The notes beneath the pieces are model-generated. The model made no database searches and was not told the origin of the DNA. It saw nothing but the letters and a program-made list of their open reading frames with translations. A DNA stretch of 64,000 nucleotides from Candidatus Tepidifontimicrobium thermophilum (GTDB lineage Bacteria; Sysuimicrobiota; Sysuimicrobiia; Sysuimicrobiales; Sysuimicrobiaceae), in the NCBI GenBank assembly GCA_031459915.1, contig JAVKHO010000011.1, positions 20,878 through 84,877 of the forward strand. The letters are read 5' to 3'. The translations under genes and the position numbers were made by a program. Positions 1 to 8,171 of this stretch are shown in pieces. The stretch's first letter is position 1; the number at the start of each line of letters is the position of its first letter.

Positions 1-2
1 CC

Positions 3-338
3 TTCACCGGAGACCCGGAAAAGACCCGCGCCGCCCGGTACGGGCTCATCGTGGTGGTGGAGGCCGCGGCTGCGATCTGCACCCACCTGTGCGCCCGCCA
101 CGGGCGGGCTCCGGACAGCTACCCCGGATGTTTCGAACTCCTGGGCCAGCTTGCCGTGATCCCGCCGGACCTGGCTGCGCGCCTGTCCAGCATGGCCCGC
201 CTACGGAACCTCCTGGTCCACGCTTATGGCAGGGTGGACGACTCCCGGGTCCATGCCATCCTCCGCACGCACCTGGGGGATCTTGAGGCGTTCCTGGAGC
301 AGGTGGGGAAGACCGTGGCGCAGGAGCTGGAGAGCTGA
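3..338 (+). CDS. HepT-like HEPN ribonuclease (DUF86), toxin of HEPN/MNT pair; 5' truncated by window edge
   Basis: Frame open from window start (FTGDPEKTRAARYGLIVVVE...); RNLLVHAY matches the RX4HXY HEPN motif; abuts an MNT gene. Confidence 0.88.
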   Translation, partial: FTGDPEKTRAARYGLIVVVEAAAAICTHLCARHGRAPDSYPGCFELLGQLAVIPPDLAARLSSMARLRNLLVHAYGRVDDSRVHAILRTHLGDLEAFLEQVGKTVAQELES

Positions 339-339
339 G

Positions 340-762
340 GTGTCCCGCCACCCCCCCTTGAGCCGCGAGGAGAGAGAGGGCCTCGTCGCTGCCCTCGCCC
401 GGGTGATGGCCGAGACTCCCCCGGTGCTGTTCGCGTACCTGTTTGGCTCTGTCACGCAGGGACTCGCCTTTGAAGACGTGGACGTAGCCGTCTATCTGGC
501 CGAGGACGTGCAGGATGGCCTGGCCGTGGCCCTGGGTCTAGCCGCGGACCTGGAGAGGGCGACCGGCCTGCCAGTGGACGTCACGGCCTTGAACGACGCC
601 CCCATCGGCGTCGCCCTGGCCGCCGCGCAGGGGGAAGTGGTGTTTTGCCGCGCCCCCCGAGCCCGCCTCGCCTTCCTGGAGCACACCGCCCTGCGCGCCA
701 TGGACACCCAGTACCTGCGCCGCCAGTCCGTGCGGGACCTGCTGGGCATCCCCCCGCGGTGA
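340..762 (+). CDS. Minimal nucleotidyltransferase (MNT/MntA-like antitoxin)
   Basis: FAYLFGS...DVDVAV and VDV..LN.AP motifs of the pol-beta MNT family; GTG start 1 nt after the HEPN stop. Confidence 0.88.
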   Translation: MSRHPPLSREEREGLVAALARVMAETPPVLFAYLFGSVTQGLAFEDVDVAVYLAEDVQDGLAVALGLAADLERATGLPVDVTALNDAPIGVALAAAQGEVVFCRAPRARLAFLEHTALRAMDTQYLRRQSVRDLLGIPPR

Positions 763-816
763 CCGGGTCGGAGTCCCGGCTTGCGCGCCTGGGAGCCTGG
801 GAGTATATAGCCTATT

Positions 817-2676
817 GTGCTAAGGGCCAGAGCGCTTCCGGCCACCCTGTGGCGGGCCCTCGTGGGCAGCCCCCTGGAGACCCAGCGTCTCCGGTACGAA
901 AAGCTCACGAAGGTCAAGGGCCTGGCGGTCTTCGGAGCAGACCCGCTGTCCAGCAACGCCTACGCTACGGAAGAAATCCTGCGGGTGCTCGTGCTCATGG
1001 GCACCGCGGGTCTGGCGCTGACTGTGCCGGTATCCCTGGCCATCGTGACGCTGCTCGTGATCGTCGCCGTGTCCTACTACCAGACCATCCACGCCTACCC
1101 GTCAGGCGGAGGAGCGTACGTGGTCGCTCGAGAGAACCTGGGTATCGGCCCAGCTCTGGTTGCGGCCGCGGCGTTGTTGGTGGACTACGTGCTCACGGTA
1201 GCCGTGAGTACCTCCGCGGCCGTGGCCGCCATCACCTCTGCCTTCCCTGCGCTGTTCCCGTTCCGCGTGGAGCTGGCGGTGGCTACTGTGATTGTCGTCA
1301 CCGTGGTGAACCTCCGCGGGGTTCGCGAGTCGGGGACCATCTTCTCCATCCCCACCTACTTCTACATCTTTACCTTCGGCGGGATGCTGGCCGTAGGACT
1401 GTGGTCGGCCTTGAGCGGCGAGCTGCGTCCCACGACCCCAACGGCCCAGCCCGGAAGCCCCATGCACCCGTTCTCCCTGTTCCTGGTCCTCCGCGCCTTC
1501 GCCTCGGGTTCGACGGCTCTAACCGGCATTGAGGCCGTGAGCAACGGCGTGCAGGAGTTCTACCCACCCCAGGCTCACAATGCGAGCCGCGTCCTCGTGG
1601 GCATGGTGGTGATGCTGGGAGCATTTTTCCTCAGCGTCAGCTACCTGTCCCGGTACTTGGGCATCACGCCTGCGGAGACGGAGACCGTGGTCTCCCAGAT
1701 CGCCCGTCACGTCTTGGGAGAGAGCTGGCTGTACTACCTGGTGCAGTTCGCCACCGCCCTGATCCTGTTCCTCGCGGCGAACACAGCCTACGCGGGCTTC
1801 CCCCGACTTGCCTCCATCCTTGCCCGGGATCGCTACCTGCCCCGGCAGCTGGCCAACCTGGGGGACCGCCTCGTGTTCGCCAACGGGATCCTGGTGCTGG
1901 GCGCGGCCGCAATCCTCCTCATTCTCCTCTTCCGCGCGGACACCCACAGCCTCATCCCGCTGTACATGATCGGCGTATTCGTCACCTTCACTCTCTCCCA
2001 GACCGGCATGGTGCGTCGCTGGCTCACGGAGCGACCTCCGGCGTGGAAGCTCCGGATGCCCGTCAGCGCCCTGGGCGCGGTCGTGACCGCAGCCGTCACC
2101 GTGGTGGTGGCCGTGGCGAAGTTCGCGGAGGGCGCCTGGATCACCCTGGCCGTGATGCCGTTGTTGGTCTTCTTCATGCGGGCCATCCACCGCCACTACG
2201 AGGACCTGAAGCACCAGCTGTCCCTAGAACGGGCCAAACTGCCGCGTCCCTTCCGGGCCCACAAGGTCATCGTCCCGGTGAACAACGTCCACCGTGGGGT
2301 CCTGGAGGCGCTCCGGTATGCGAAGGCCGTCAGTGACGACGTCACGGCGGTCTACGTGGAGATCGAGCCTGGGGCGCGGGAGGAGATCGAACGGAAGTGG
2401 GAGCGCTGGGTGCCCGACGTTCCTCTGGTGGTCCTGCCCTCCCCCTACCGGTCCGTGGTGGGTCCCATCCTCCTGTACCTGGACCAGGTCCAGCGGGAAG
2501 CCGGCCCCGACACCGCTCTGACGGTGGTCCTGCCGGAGTTCGTGCCGCGCAAGTGGTGGCACCACCTCCTGCACAACCAGACCGCCCTGATGCTGAAGTT
2601 CGCCCTCCTGTTCCGGCAGCGGAGGCTACGCCGGTACAAGGTCCTGGCGGACGTCCCCTACTACCTCACCCGTTAG
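817..2676 (+). CDS. APC family permease, KimA/YdaO-like K+ importer
   Basis: DPLSSNAYATEE, YPSGGGAY, ALTGIEAVSNG; many TM helices; C-terminal cytoplasmic domain with SPYRS and PEF...WWHHLLHNQTA. Confidence 0.88.
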   Translation: MLRARALPATLWRALVGSPLETQRLRYEKLTKVKGLAVFGADPLSSNAYATEEILRVLVLMGTAGLALTVPVSLAIVTLLVIVAVSYYQTIHAYPSGGGAYVVARENLGIGPALVAAAALLVDYVLTVAVSTSAAVAAITSAFPALFPFRVELAVATVIVVTVVNLRGVRESGTIFSIPTYFYIFTFGGMLAVGLWSALSGELRPTTPTAQPGSPMHPFSLFLVLRAFASGSTALTGIEAVSNGVQEFYPPQAHNASRVLVGMVVMLGAFFLSVSYLSRYLGITPAETETVVSQIARHVLGESWLYYLVQFATALILFLAANTAYAGFPRLASILARDRYLPRQLANLGDRLVFANGILVLGAAAILLILLFRADTHSLIPLYMIGVFVTFTLSQTGMVRRWLTERPPAWKLRMPVSALGAVVTAAVTVVVAVAKFAEGAWITLAVMPLLVFFMRAIHRHYEDLKHQLSLERAKLPRPFRAHKVIVPVNNVHRGVLEALRYAKAVSDDVTAVYVEIEPGAREEIERKWERWVPDVPLVVLPSPYRSVVGPILLYLDQVQREAGPDTALTVVLPEFVPRKWWHHLLHNQTALMLKFALLFRQRRLRRYKVLADVPYYLTR

Positions 2677-2687
2677 GGAGCGCGTCC

Positions 2688-3275
2688 ATGAGGAGCACGG
2701 CCGGCCGACCGACACCGCCCAGCAGCGCGCCGGCCACCTTCCGGAGCACCGTCGCGGTCTGGACGCGGGCGGTAGCTGCTTTGGCCGTGAGCCTGCTGGT
2801 GGGCTGCACCCGGGGCCCGGCGCCCCCGGTCCGCTACGAGGATCCGCTCCTTAAGGTCGCCGTAGAACACCCACAGGGCTGGGACGTGCTGCGGTCCGGG
2901 GACGGCCGTTGGCTGCAGGTGGTCCCCCGCCGCGAGGGACCTGGGCCTGACGCCCTCCGCTACACGGAGTTCCTCAGCGTGCGGGTGGTCCCGGGCCGGC
3001 CACCCGGGCACGAGGACGCCCTCCGTCAGGAGGCCTTTTCCCTCCTGCCCTTCCACGGCGTCGCCAAGTTCCAGCGCGAGGAAGGCTCCAATCCTCCACG
3101 GTACCGGTTTGAGGGCACCGGCAGCGCCCTGGTGGGCCAGTGGGCTGCGGTGGGCGTGCTGGTGGTGGAAACCGACCGGCTGGTGCACGTGGTCTGCGCA
3201 AAACCCCTGGACCGGTGGCGTGAGGGCCAGCGGGAGTGCGACCGGCTGGTGGACAGGGTGGAGCTCTTACGGTGA
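2688..3275 (+). CDS. Hypothetical lipoprotein
   Basis: ATG after GGGAG; hydrophobic stretch ending in lipobox LLVGC; follows the permease co-directionally. Confidence 0.6.
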   Translation: MRSTAGRPTPPSSAPATFRSTVAVWTRAVAALAVSLLVGCTRGPAPPVRYEDPLLKVAVEHPQGWDVLRSGDGRWLQVVPRREGPGPDALRYTEFLSVRVVPGRPPGHEDALRQEAFSLLPFHGVAKFQREEGSNPPRYRFEGTGSALVGQWAAVGVLVVETDRLVHVVCAKPLDRWREGQRECDRLVDRVELLR

Positions 3276-3293
3276 CGGTCTGCTCGCGGCCCT

Positions 3294-4019
3294 CTACCGC
3301 TCCGCAAGTCGCGGTCCCCGTCCTTCCACAGCCTCCGGGCGGCCCCCCACCACTTCCCACCGGACGGACCCGGCGACGCCGAACGTCCGCAGCCGTGCGG
3401 CAAAGGCCTCCACGTGATGGCGCATCCGGGCGGCCGGGTAGGAGGCCGGCGCGAACACGAGCGCCAGTGCCCTGCGGGTGTGGAGGGTGATGGCCGTGCG
3501 CACCGAGTCGTTGGTGGGGCTTCCGATGGGGCCCTCCCCGTCGCAAACCACCAGCCTCCCCTCTGCACGCCACACGCCCTTGCCCAACGACTCGTAGACC
3601 TCCCCGGGCCGGCCCAGGCGCACCTCGACCTCGCCCCGGACCCGATCCAGGTCGTACAGTCCGATGGGCAGCATGAAGTCCAGGGAGCACAGGTTGCACA
3701 CGTCCACGAGGCTGTTGACCCGGGGCAACGGCTGGCCACGTAGAGCGCGGCGCAGCAGAGCCTCCGACGACGGCCGGGTTTTGGTGGGATCCTCCCCCGT
3801 ACGCCGGTACAGCTCCCGGGCCGCCTGTAGCCCTTCGATCTGGGACGGCGCGCGGCCCGCGTACTGCTCCCGGAACCTCCCGGCCAGCCGCTCCAGCTCC
3901 TCCCACACCTCGGGAGCTTCGGCCCGCACGTACACCCCCTCCGCTTCCACTACCCCCAGGCAGACCCGGTCTGCCACCGATCCGTCCACGGTCACGCGCA
4001 CAGGACTTGGATTCCGCAC
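3294..4019 (-). CDS. B3/4 domain protein (PheRS beta-subunit-related editing domain)
   Basis: DPTKTRPSSEALLRR, NSLVDVCNLCS, PIGLYDLD; GGAGG RBS before GTG 4019. Confidence 0.85.
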   Translation of the reverse strand: MRNPSPVRVTVDGSVADRVCLGVVEAEGVYVRAEAPEVWEELERLAGRFREQYAGRAPSQIEGLQAARELYRRTGEDPTKTRPSSEALLRRALRGQPLPRVNSLVDVCNLCSLDFMLPIGLYDLDRVRGEVEVRLGRPGEVYESLGKGVWRAEGRLVVCDGEGPIGSPTNDSVRTAITLHTRRALALVFAPASYPAARMRHHVEAFAARLRTFGVAGSVRWEVVGGRPEAVEGRGPRLAER

Positions 4020-4114
4020 GGTCGCCCGCCTCCCCTCCGGCCGGCTTGCCCCCGCCGAACAGGTCCGGCTACACTCCACCGCGGGCCTAGCTTGCGGCCA
4101 CCCAGGAGGGACGC

Positions 4115-5113
4115 TTGCCCGTCGTCCGTGTGGAACCGGACGTGTTCTGCGTCCGCATGCCCATTCCTTTCCCGCTGGGCAGCGTGAACGCCTACCTGGT
4201 GCGCACCGATGACGGTGTGGTCCTCGTGGACGCGGGGCTACGGACTCCAGACTGCTTCGCGGCCCTTCAGGAGGCCCTGGAAGCAGCGGGGGTCTCGCTC
4301 TCCGGGCTACGGGCGGTCGTCCTCACCCACGCGCACCCGGACCACATCGGTCTGGCCGGAGTCCTCCAGGGACGGACGGGGGTCCCCCTGTACCTGCTGG
4401 ACGTGGAGGAACCCCTCGCGCGCCGCGTGTGGGTAAACGACCACGCTGGGCGCGTCCGCGCCATCACCCAGATGCTCCGGGCGCACGGGGTCCCTGAGAA
4501 GTGGGTTGAGGAGGCAGGCCGGCAGGTCGCGGCCCTTCGAGAACTCGTGGCGCCGTTCGGGCCGGTGAGGACCTTGGGGGACGGGCAGCTGCTGGAGTTG
4601 GACGGGTTTTCCGCACACGTCCTGTGGACCCCGGGGCACAGTGACGGACACATGGTGCTCCTGGATCCCCGCGGCAGGCTGTTCTGCGGGGACCACGTGC
4701 TGCCGGAGGTCTCGCCCAACATTTCCCTGTACCCAGGAGCGCGGCCCAATCCCCTCGCGGACTACCTGGACTCCCTCCGGAAGGTCCGGGACCTGCCGGT
4801 GCGGGTCGCCTTGCCCGGCCACGGCGACCCGATCACGGACTGGGCCGCCCGCGTGGACCAACTTCTGGAACACCACCGGATGCGGCTGGACGCCGCCTAC
4901 GACCTGGTGCCCCCGGAAGGGGTGACCGCGTTCCAGCTAGCGCAGAGGCTCTTCTTCGAGGGATCCGGTGACGGCGTGGGCCCGCCGGAAATCCCCTTGC
5001 CGCTGGCGGTGGGCGAGGCGGCGGCCCACCTGGAGTGGCTGTACCGGGAGGGACGCCTCGTCCGCGAGGAAGGACCTCCGGTGGTATACCGACCCGCGGA
5101 GGCAAGCACGTGA
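4115..5113 (+). CDS. MBL-fold metallo-hydrolase
   Basis: THAHPDHIG, TPGHSDGH, GDHVL, PGHG. Confidence 0.92.
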   Translation: MPVVRVEPDVFCVRMPIPFPLGSVNAYLVRTDDGVVLVDAGLRTPDCFAALQEALEAAGVSLSGLRAVVLTHAHPDHIGLAGVLQGRTGVPLYLLDVEEPLARRVWVNDHAGRVRAITQMLRAHGVPEKWVEEAGRQVAALRELVAPFGPVRTLGDGQLLELDGFSAHVLWTPGHSDGHMVLLDPRGRLFCGDHVLPEVSPNISLYPGARPNPLADYLDSLRKVRDLPVRVALPGHGDPITDWAARVDQLLEHHRMRLDAAYDLVPPEGVTAFQLAQRLFFEGSGDGVGPPEIPLPLAVGEAAAHLEWLYREGRLVREEGPPVVYRPAEAST

Positions 5114-6039
5114 AGCGTACGCGACGGGTGGATGACCGTACCGTCCTCGTCGACCTGCACTTCGGCCAAGCCGAGGTCCTGGGGAGCTACCTCCTGCTGG
5201 GGGAGCGGCCCGCCCTCGTGGAGACCGGACCCAGCACGTGTCTGGACTCCCTGGAGGCCGGCCTCGCGGAGCACGGCCTGCGCCTGGAAGACCTGGAGGC
5301 GGTGGCGGTCACGCACATTCACCTGGACCACGCGGGGGCCGCGGGCGTCCTCTGCCGGCGCAACCCCCGCCTCCGGGTGTTCGTGCACCCGATCGGGGCT
5401 CCGCACCTCGCAGATCCCACCCGCCTTTTGCGCAGCGCGCAGCGCATCTACGGCTCGTCGATGGAGACCCTCTGGGGCGAAGTGGCTCCGGTTCCCGCGG
5501 AACGCATTACCGTGGTGGAAGACGGCCAGACCTTCCGGATCGGCGGGCGGGTGCTGCGGGCCCTGGACACCCCCGGCCACGCCAGCCACCACCACGTCTA
5601 CGTGGACGAGGAGGCTCAGTTGGCCTTTTCGGGTGACGCGGCGGGGATCTCGCTCCCGGGATGTCCCGTGGTCCGTCCTCCGACCCCGCCACCGGACCTG
5701 GACCTGGACGCGTGGGACCGCACCCTGGACCGGCTACAGAGCCTCGACCTGCGGCGCCTGTGCCTGACGCACTTCGGAGTGCGGGACGACCCTCCCGCGG
5801 TCCTCCGCGAGCTGAGGCGTCGGCTTCGGGAGGTGGAGCAGCTGCTCCTGGAAGGGTGGAGGGCCGGGGAGGACGTGGACCGGCTGGTGGAGCGCCTGCG
5901 GGGATACCTGCAGCCCGAGGTGGAGGCCCGCTGTGGCCGCGGCGCGGCCGACCGCCAGGAGCTAGCCGCCAACTACCGGATGAACGTACTCGGCTACGTG
6001 CGGTACTTCGAAAAGCGCCTCGGCCCCAAAACCGCGTAG
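5110..6039 (+). CDS. MBL-fold metallo-hydrolase
   Basis: THIHLDHAG, TPGHASHH, GDAAG, THFG; GTGA overlap with upstream stop. Confidence 0.92.
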   Translation: MKRTRRVDDRTVLVDLHFGQAEVLGSYLLLGERPALVETGPSTCLDSLEAGLAEHGLRLEDLEAVAVTHIHLDHAGAAGVLCRRNPRLRVFVHPIGAPHLADPTRLLRSAQRIYGSSMETLWGEVAPVPAERITVVEDGQTFRIGGRVLRALDTPGHASHHHVYVDEEAQLAFSGDAAGISLPGCPVVRPPTPPPDLDLDAWDRTLDRLQSLDLRRLCLTHFGVRDDPPAVLRELRRRLREVEQLLLEGWRAGEDVDRLVERLRGYLQPEVEARCGRGAADRQELAANYRMNVLGYVRYFEKRLGPKTA

Positions 6040-6114
6040 CCAGGCCAGCCCCCTCTGACCCCGCTGAGCCACCACCGCGACTGCCGGCCATGGGCCCGGC
6101 CGTACAATGGAGCC

Positions 6115-6387
6115 GTGGAACGGACGGACTATCCTGCGCAGGAACTCATCGAGGAAGGGCTCCGCGACCTGGAGCGAGGCGTGGAGTCCATACCCGCCCT
6201 CCTGGTGTCCATCGGCGCGCCGCGGCTGCGTCGTCTGGGCCTTCGGGTCCCCCGCGCAATCCCCGAGCCGGAGCACCGGCTGTACGAGCTGCTGGCCCGG
6301 CAGGACCCGGACTCCGCCCACTCCCGCTATAATGCCCTCATCCGTCGGCTGGTCAGCTTCGAGCGGGCGGCGGAATGCGCCAGCTAG
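6115..6387 (+). CDS. Small hypothetical protein (90 aa), partner of DUF6036 NTase
   Basis: Protein-like helical composition; overlaps next gene by 13 nt; TACAAT 6 nt upstream of GTG. Confidence 0.72.
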   Translation: MERTDYPAQELIEEGLRDLERGVESIPALLVSIGAPRLRRLGLRVPRAIPEPEHRLYELLARQDPDSAHSRYNALIRRLVSFERAAECAS

Positions 6388-6899
6388 CCGACGCGGACCG
6401 AATCCGCTGGTTCATGCGGGCTTTGGGGCGGGAAGCGTCCTCGGAGGTGCGTTGCTACTTCACGGGCGGGGCCACCGCGGTCCTCCTAGGGTGGCGCCGG
6501 AGCACCATCGACGTGGACCTGAAGCTGGTCCCCGAGGCCGACGAGGTGCTGCGGGCGATCCCCCGACTGAAGGAGGAACTCCGGATCAACGTCGAGCTCG
6601 CCTCCCCCCTGGACTTCATCCCGGTCCCGCCCGGTTGGGAGGACCGCAGTCTGTTCATCGCCCGGGAGGGGAGGATTTCGTACTATCACTTCGACCCCTA
6701 CGCCCAGGCCTTGGCGAAGCTCGAGCGCAGCCACGCTCAGGACCTGCAAGATGTCCGCCACATGGTGCGCAGCGGACTCGTCCAGCCCGCCCGTGCGCTG
6801 GAGTACTTCGAGCGGGTTGTGCCCGAGCTGTACCGCTACCCCGCGGTGGACCCTCGGGCGTTCCGCCGGGCCGTGGAGGACGCGTTCCGCCCGGCCTAG
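6375..6899 (+). CDS. DUF6036 family nucleotidyltransferase (AbiEii/MenT-like motifs)
   Basis: TGGATA, RSTIDVD, AKLER, QDLQD. Confidence 0.8.
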   Translation: MRQLADADRIRWFMRALGREASSEVRCYFTGGATAVLLGWRRSTIDVDLKLVPEADEVLRAIPRLKEELRINVELASPLDFIPVPPGWEDRSLFIAREGRISYYHFDPYAQALAKLERSHAQDLQDVRHMVRSGLVQPARALEYFERVVPELYRYPAVDPRAFRRAVEDAFRPA

Positions 6900-6907
6900 C
6901 TCTGCCT

Positions 6908-7591
6908 TCAGCCGATCTCCCGCCGGAGCCGCTCCGGGTCCAACACGGTGATCCGGTCTCCCGACCGACGGACCGCACCCGCCCGTTCGAGCCGCCGCAG
7001 CCACTTGTTCACGCTCTCCCGCGTCGCACCGACCATCTGGGCAAGCTCCACCTGGCGCAGGCGCGGACACAGGACCCCTCCGTCAGCGCGTGATTCCCCC
7101 CGTTGGGCGCCCAGCTGCAGCAGCACCCGCGCGAGACGTCCTCCCACACCCAGAAAGGCGCTGTCGCGAATCTGCAGGTCTGCGGCCCGCAGCCGCTGGC
7201 CCAGGAGCTGGACCAGTCGCAGGGCCACTTCGGGCCGACGCCGCAGCCAGTCAACCCAGCCCTCCCGTGGAAGGAAGACCAGCACGCAGTCCTCCTGCAC
7301 CACCGCGTCCGCGGAGCGTACCCCGCCCTCCAGCGCCGCTACTTCCCCCAACAGCTCCCCAGGGCCCAGCAGGGCGAGGGTCCGCTCCCGCCCATCCACA
7401 GACGTGCAGCGTACCCTCACCCAGCCCCTTTCCAGCACGAAAACTCCCGTAGCCGGATCCCCCTCCCGGAAGAGCGCTTCCCCCCGACGATAGCGCCGCC
7501 GCTGCGCCCCTGATGCCAGCGCCACAAGCGCCTCCGCCGGACACCCAGCAAACAGGGGGATACCGGACAGTACCGCGTCCACCCCGACCAC
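6908..7591 (-). CDS. Crp/Fnr family transcriptional regulator
   Basis: cNMP domain (GELLGE...RSADA) and HTH (QVELAQMVGATRESVNK); exact start uncertain. Confidence 0.92.
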   Translation of the reverse strand: MVGVDAVLSGIPLFAGCPAEALVALASGAQRRRYRRGEALFREGDPATGVFVLERGWVRVRCTSVDGRERTLALLGPGELLGEVAALEGGVRSADAVVQEDCVLVFLPREGWVDWLRRRPEVALRLVQLLGQRLRAADLQIRDSAFLGVGGRLARVLLQLGAQRGESRADGGVLCPRLRQVELAQMVGATRESVNKWLRRLERAGAVRRSGDRITVLDPERLRREIG

Positions 7592-7784
7592 GCCCGTCCC
7601 ACCCGCCGGACGGATGGGGAACCCGGGGAGAGGACCAGGATCTCGGCCCTGGGGGACCCCTGTACCAGAACTTTGAGCAGACCCCGCCTGTTCGGCCACC
7701 ACCCACCCCCCCACCAGATGCACCACCCAGCTGCCGCAAGCGTACCACTCCGGACCCCGCCCGTCACTCAACACCCGCCGTGCC

Positions 7785-7800
7785 GGTGACCCGGTTCACC
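7785..7800. promoter_or_regulatory. Crp-type operator GGTGA-N6-TCACC
   Basis: Perfect palindromic arms ggtga cccggt tcacc between the Crp/Fnr gene and the divergent operon. Confidence 0.55.
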
Positions 7801-7882
7801 TGTTTTGGGTGGCCCCGTTGACTGCGTGGGCGGGCGTCGAGGGCTACCCTGCTCGGGACACCCAGAGAGGAGGAGCGACAGC

Positions 7883-8146
7883 ATGGGTCACTATCTGATC
7901 GAGACCACCCACACCCCGGAGCAGTGCCTCGCGGACCTGGACACTGTCCTGGAGCAGAGTCCCGGCCTTCTCCAGAAGCTGGAGTGGGGCTGCCGGACCG
8001 GCGTCCATATGGGGTGGGCGGTGGTGGAGGCCCCGAACGCCTCAGACGCCAGCCGGCAGGTCCCCCCAGGCATGCGTTCCCGCACGCGGGTCGTGGGCAT
8101 CCAGCGGTTCACCCCGGACGAGATCCGGGCCCTGCACGTGAAGTGA
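7883..8146 (+). CDS. Small hypothetical protein (His/Cys-containing, 87 aa)
   Basis: Strong RBS GAGGAGG; HTPEQC...WGC..GVH.GW pattern. Confidence 0.75.
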   Translation: MGHYLIETTHTPEQCLADLDTVLEQSPGLLQKLEWGCRTGVHMGWAVVEAPNASDASRQVPPGMRSRTRVVGIQRFTPDEIRALHVK

Positions 8147-8171
8147 AGACCGGGTAGAGCGGGAGGTCCCT

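Noticed and set aside
785..802. GCCTGGGA direct repeat upstream of the KimA-like gene
   Set aside because: Only two short copies in GC-rich DNA; could be chance
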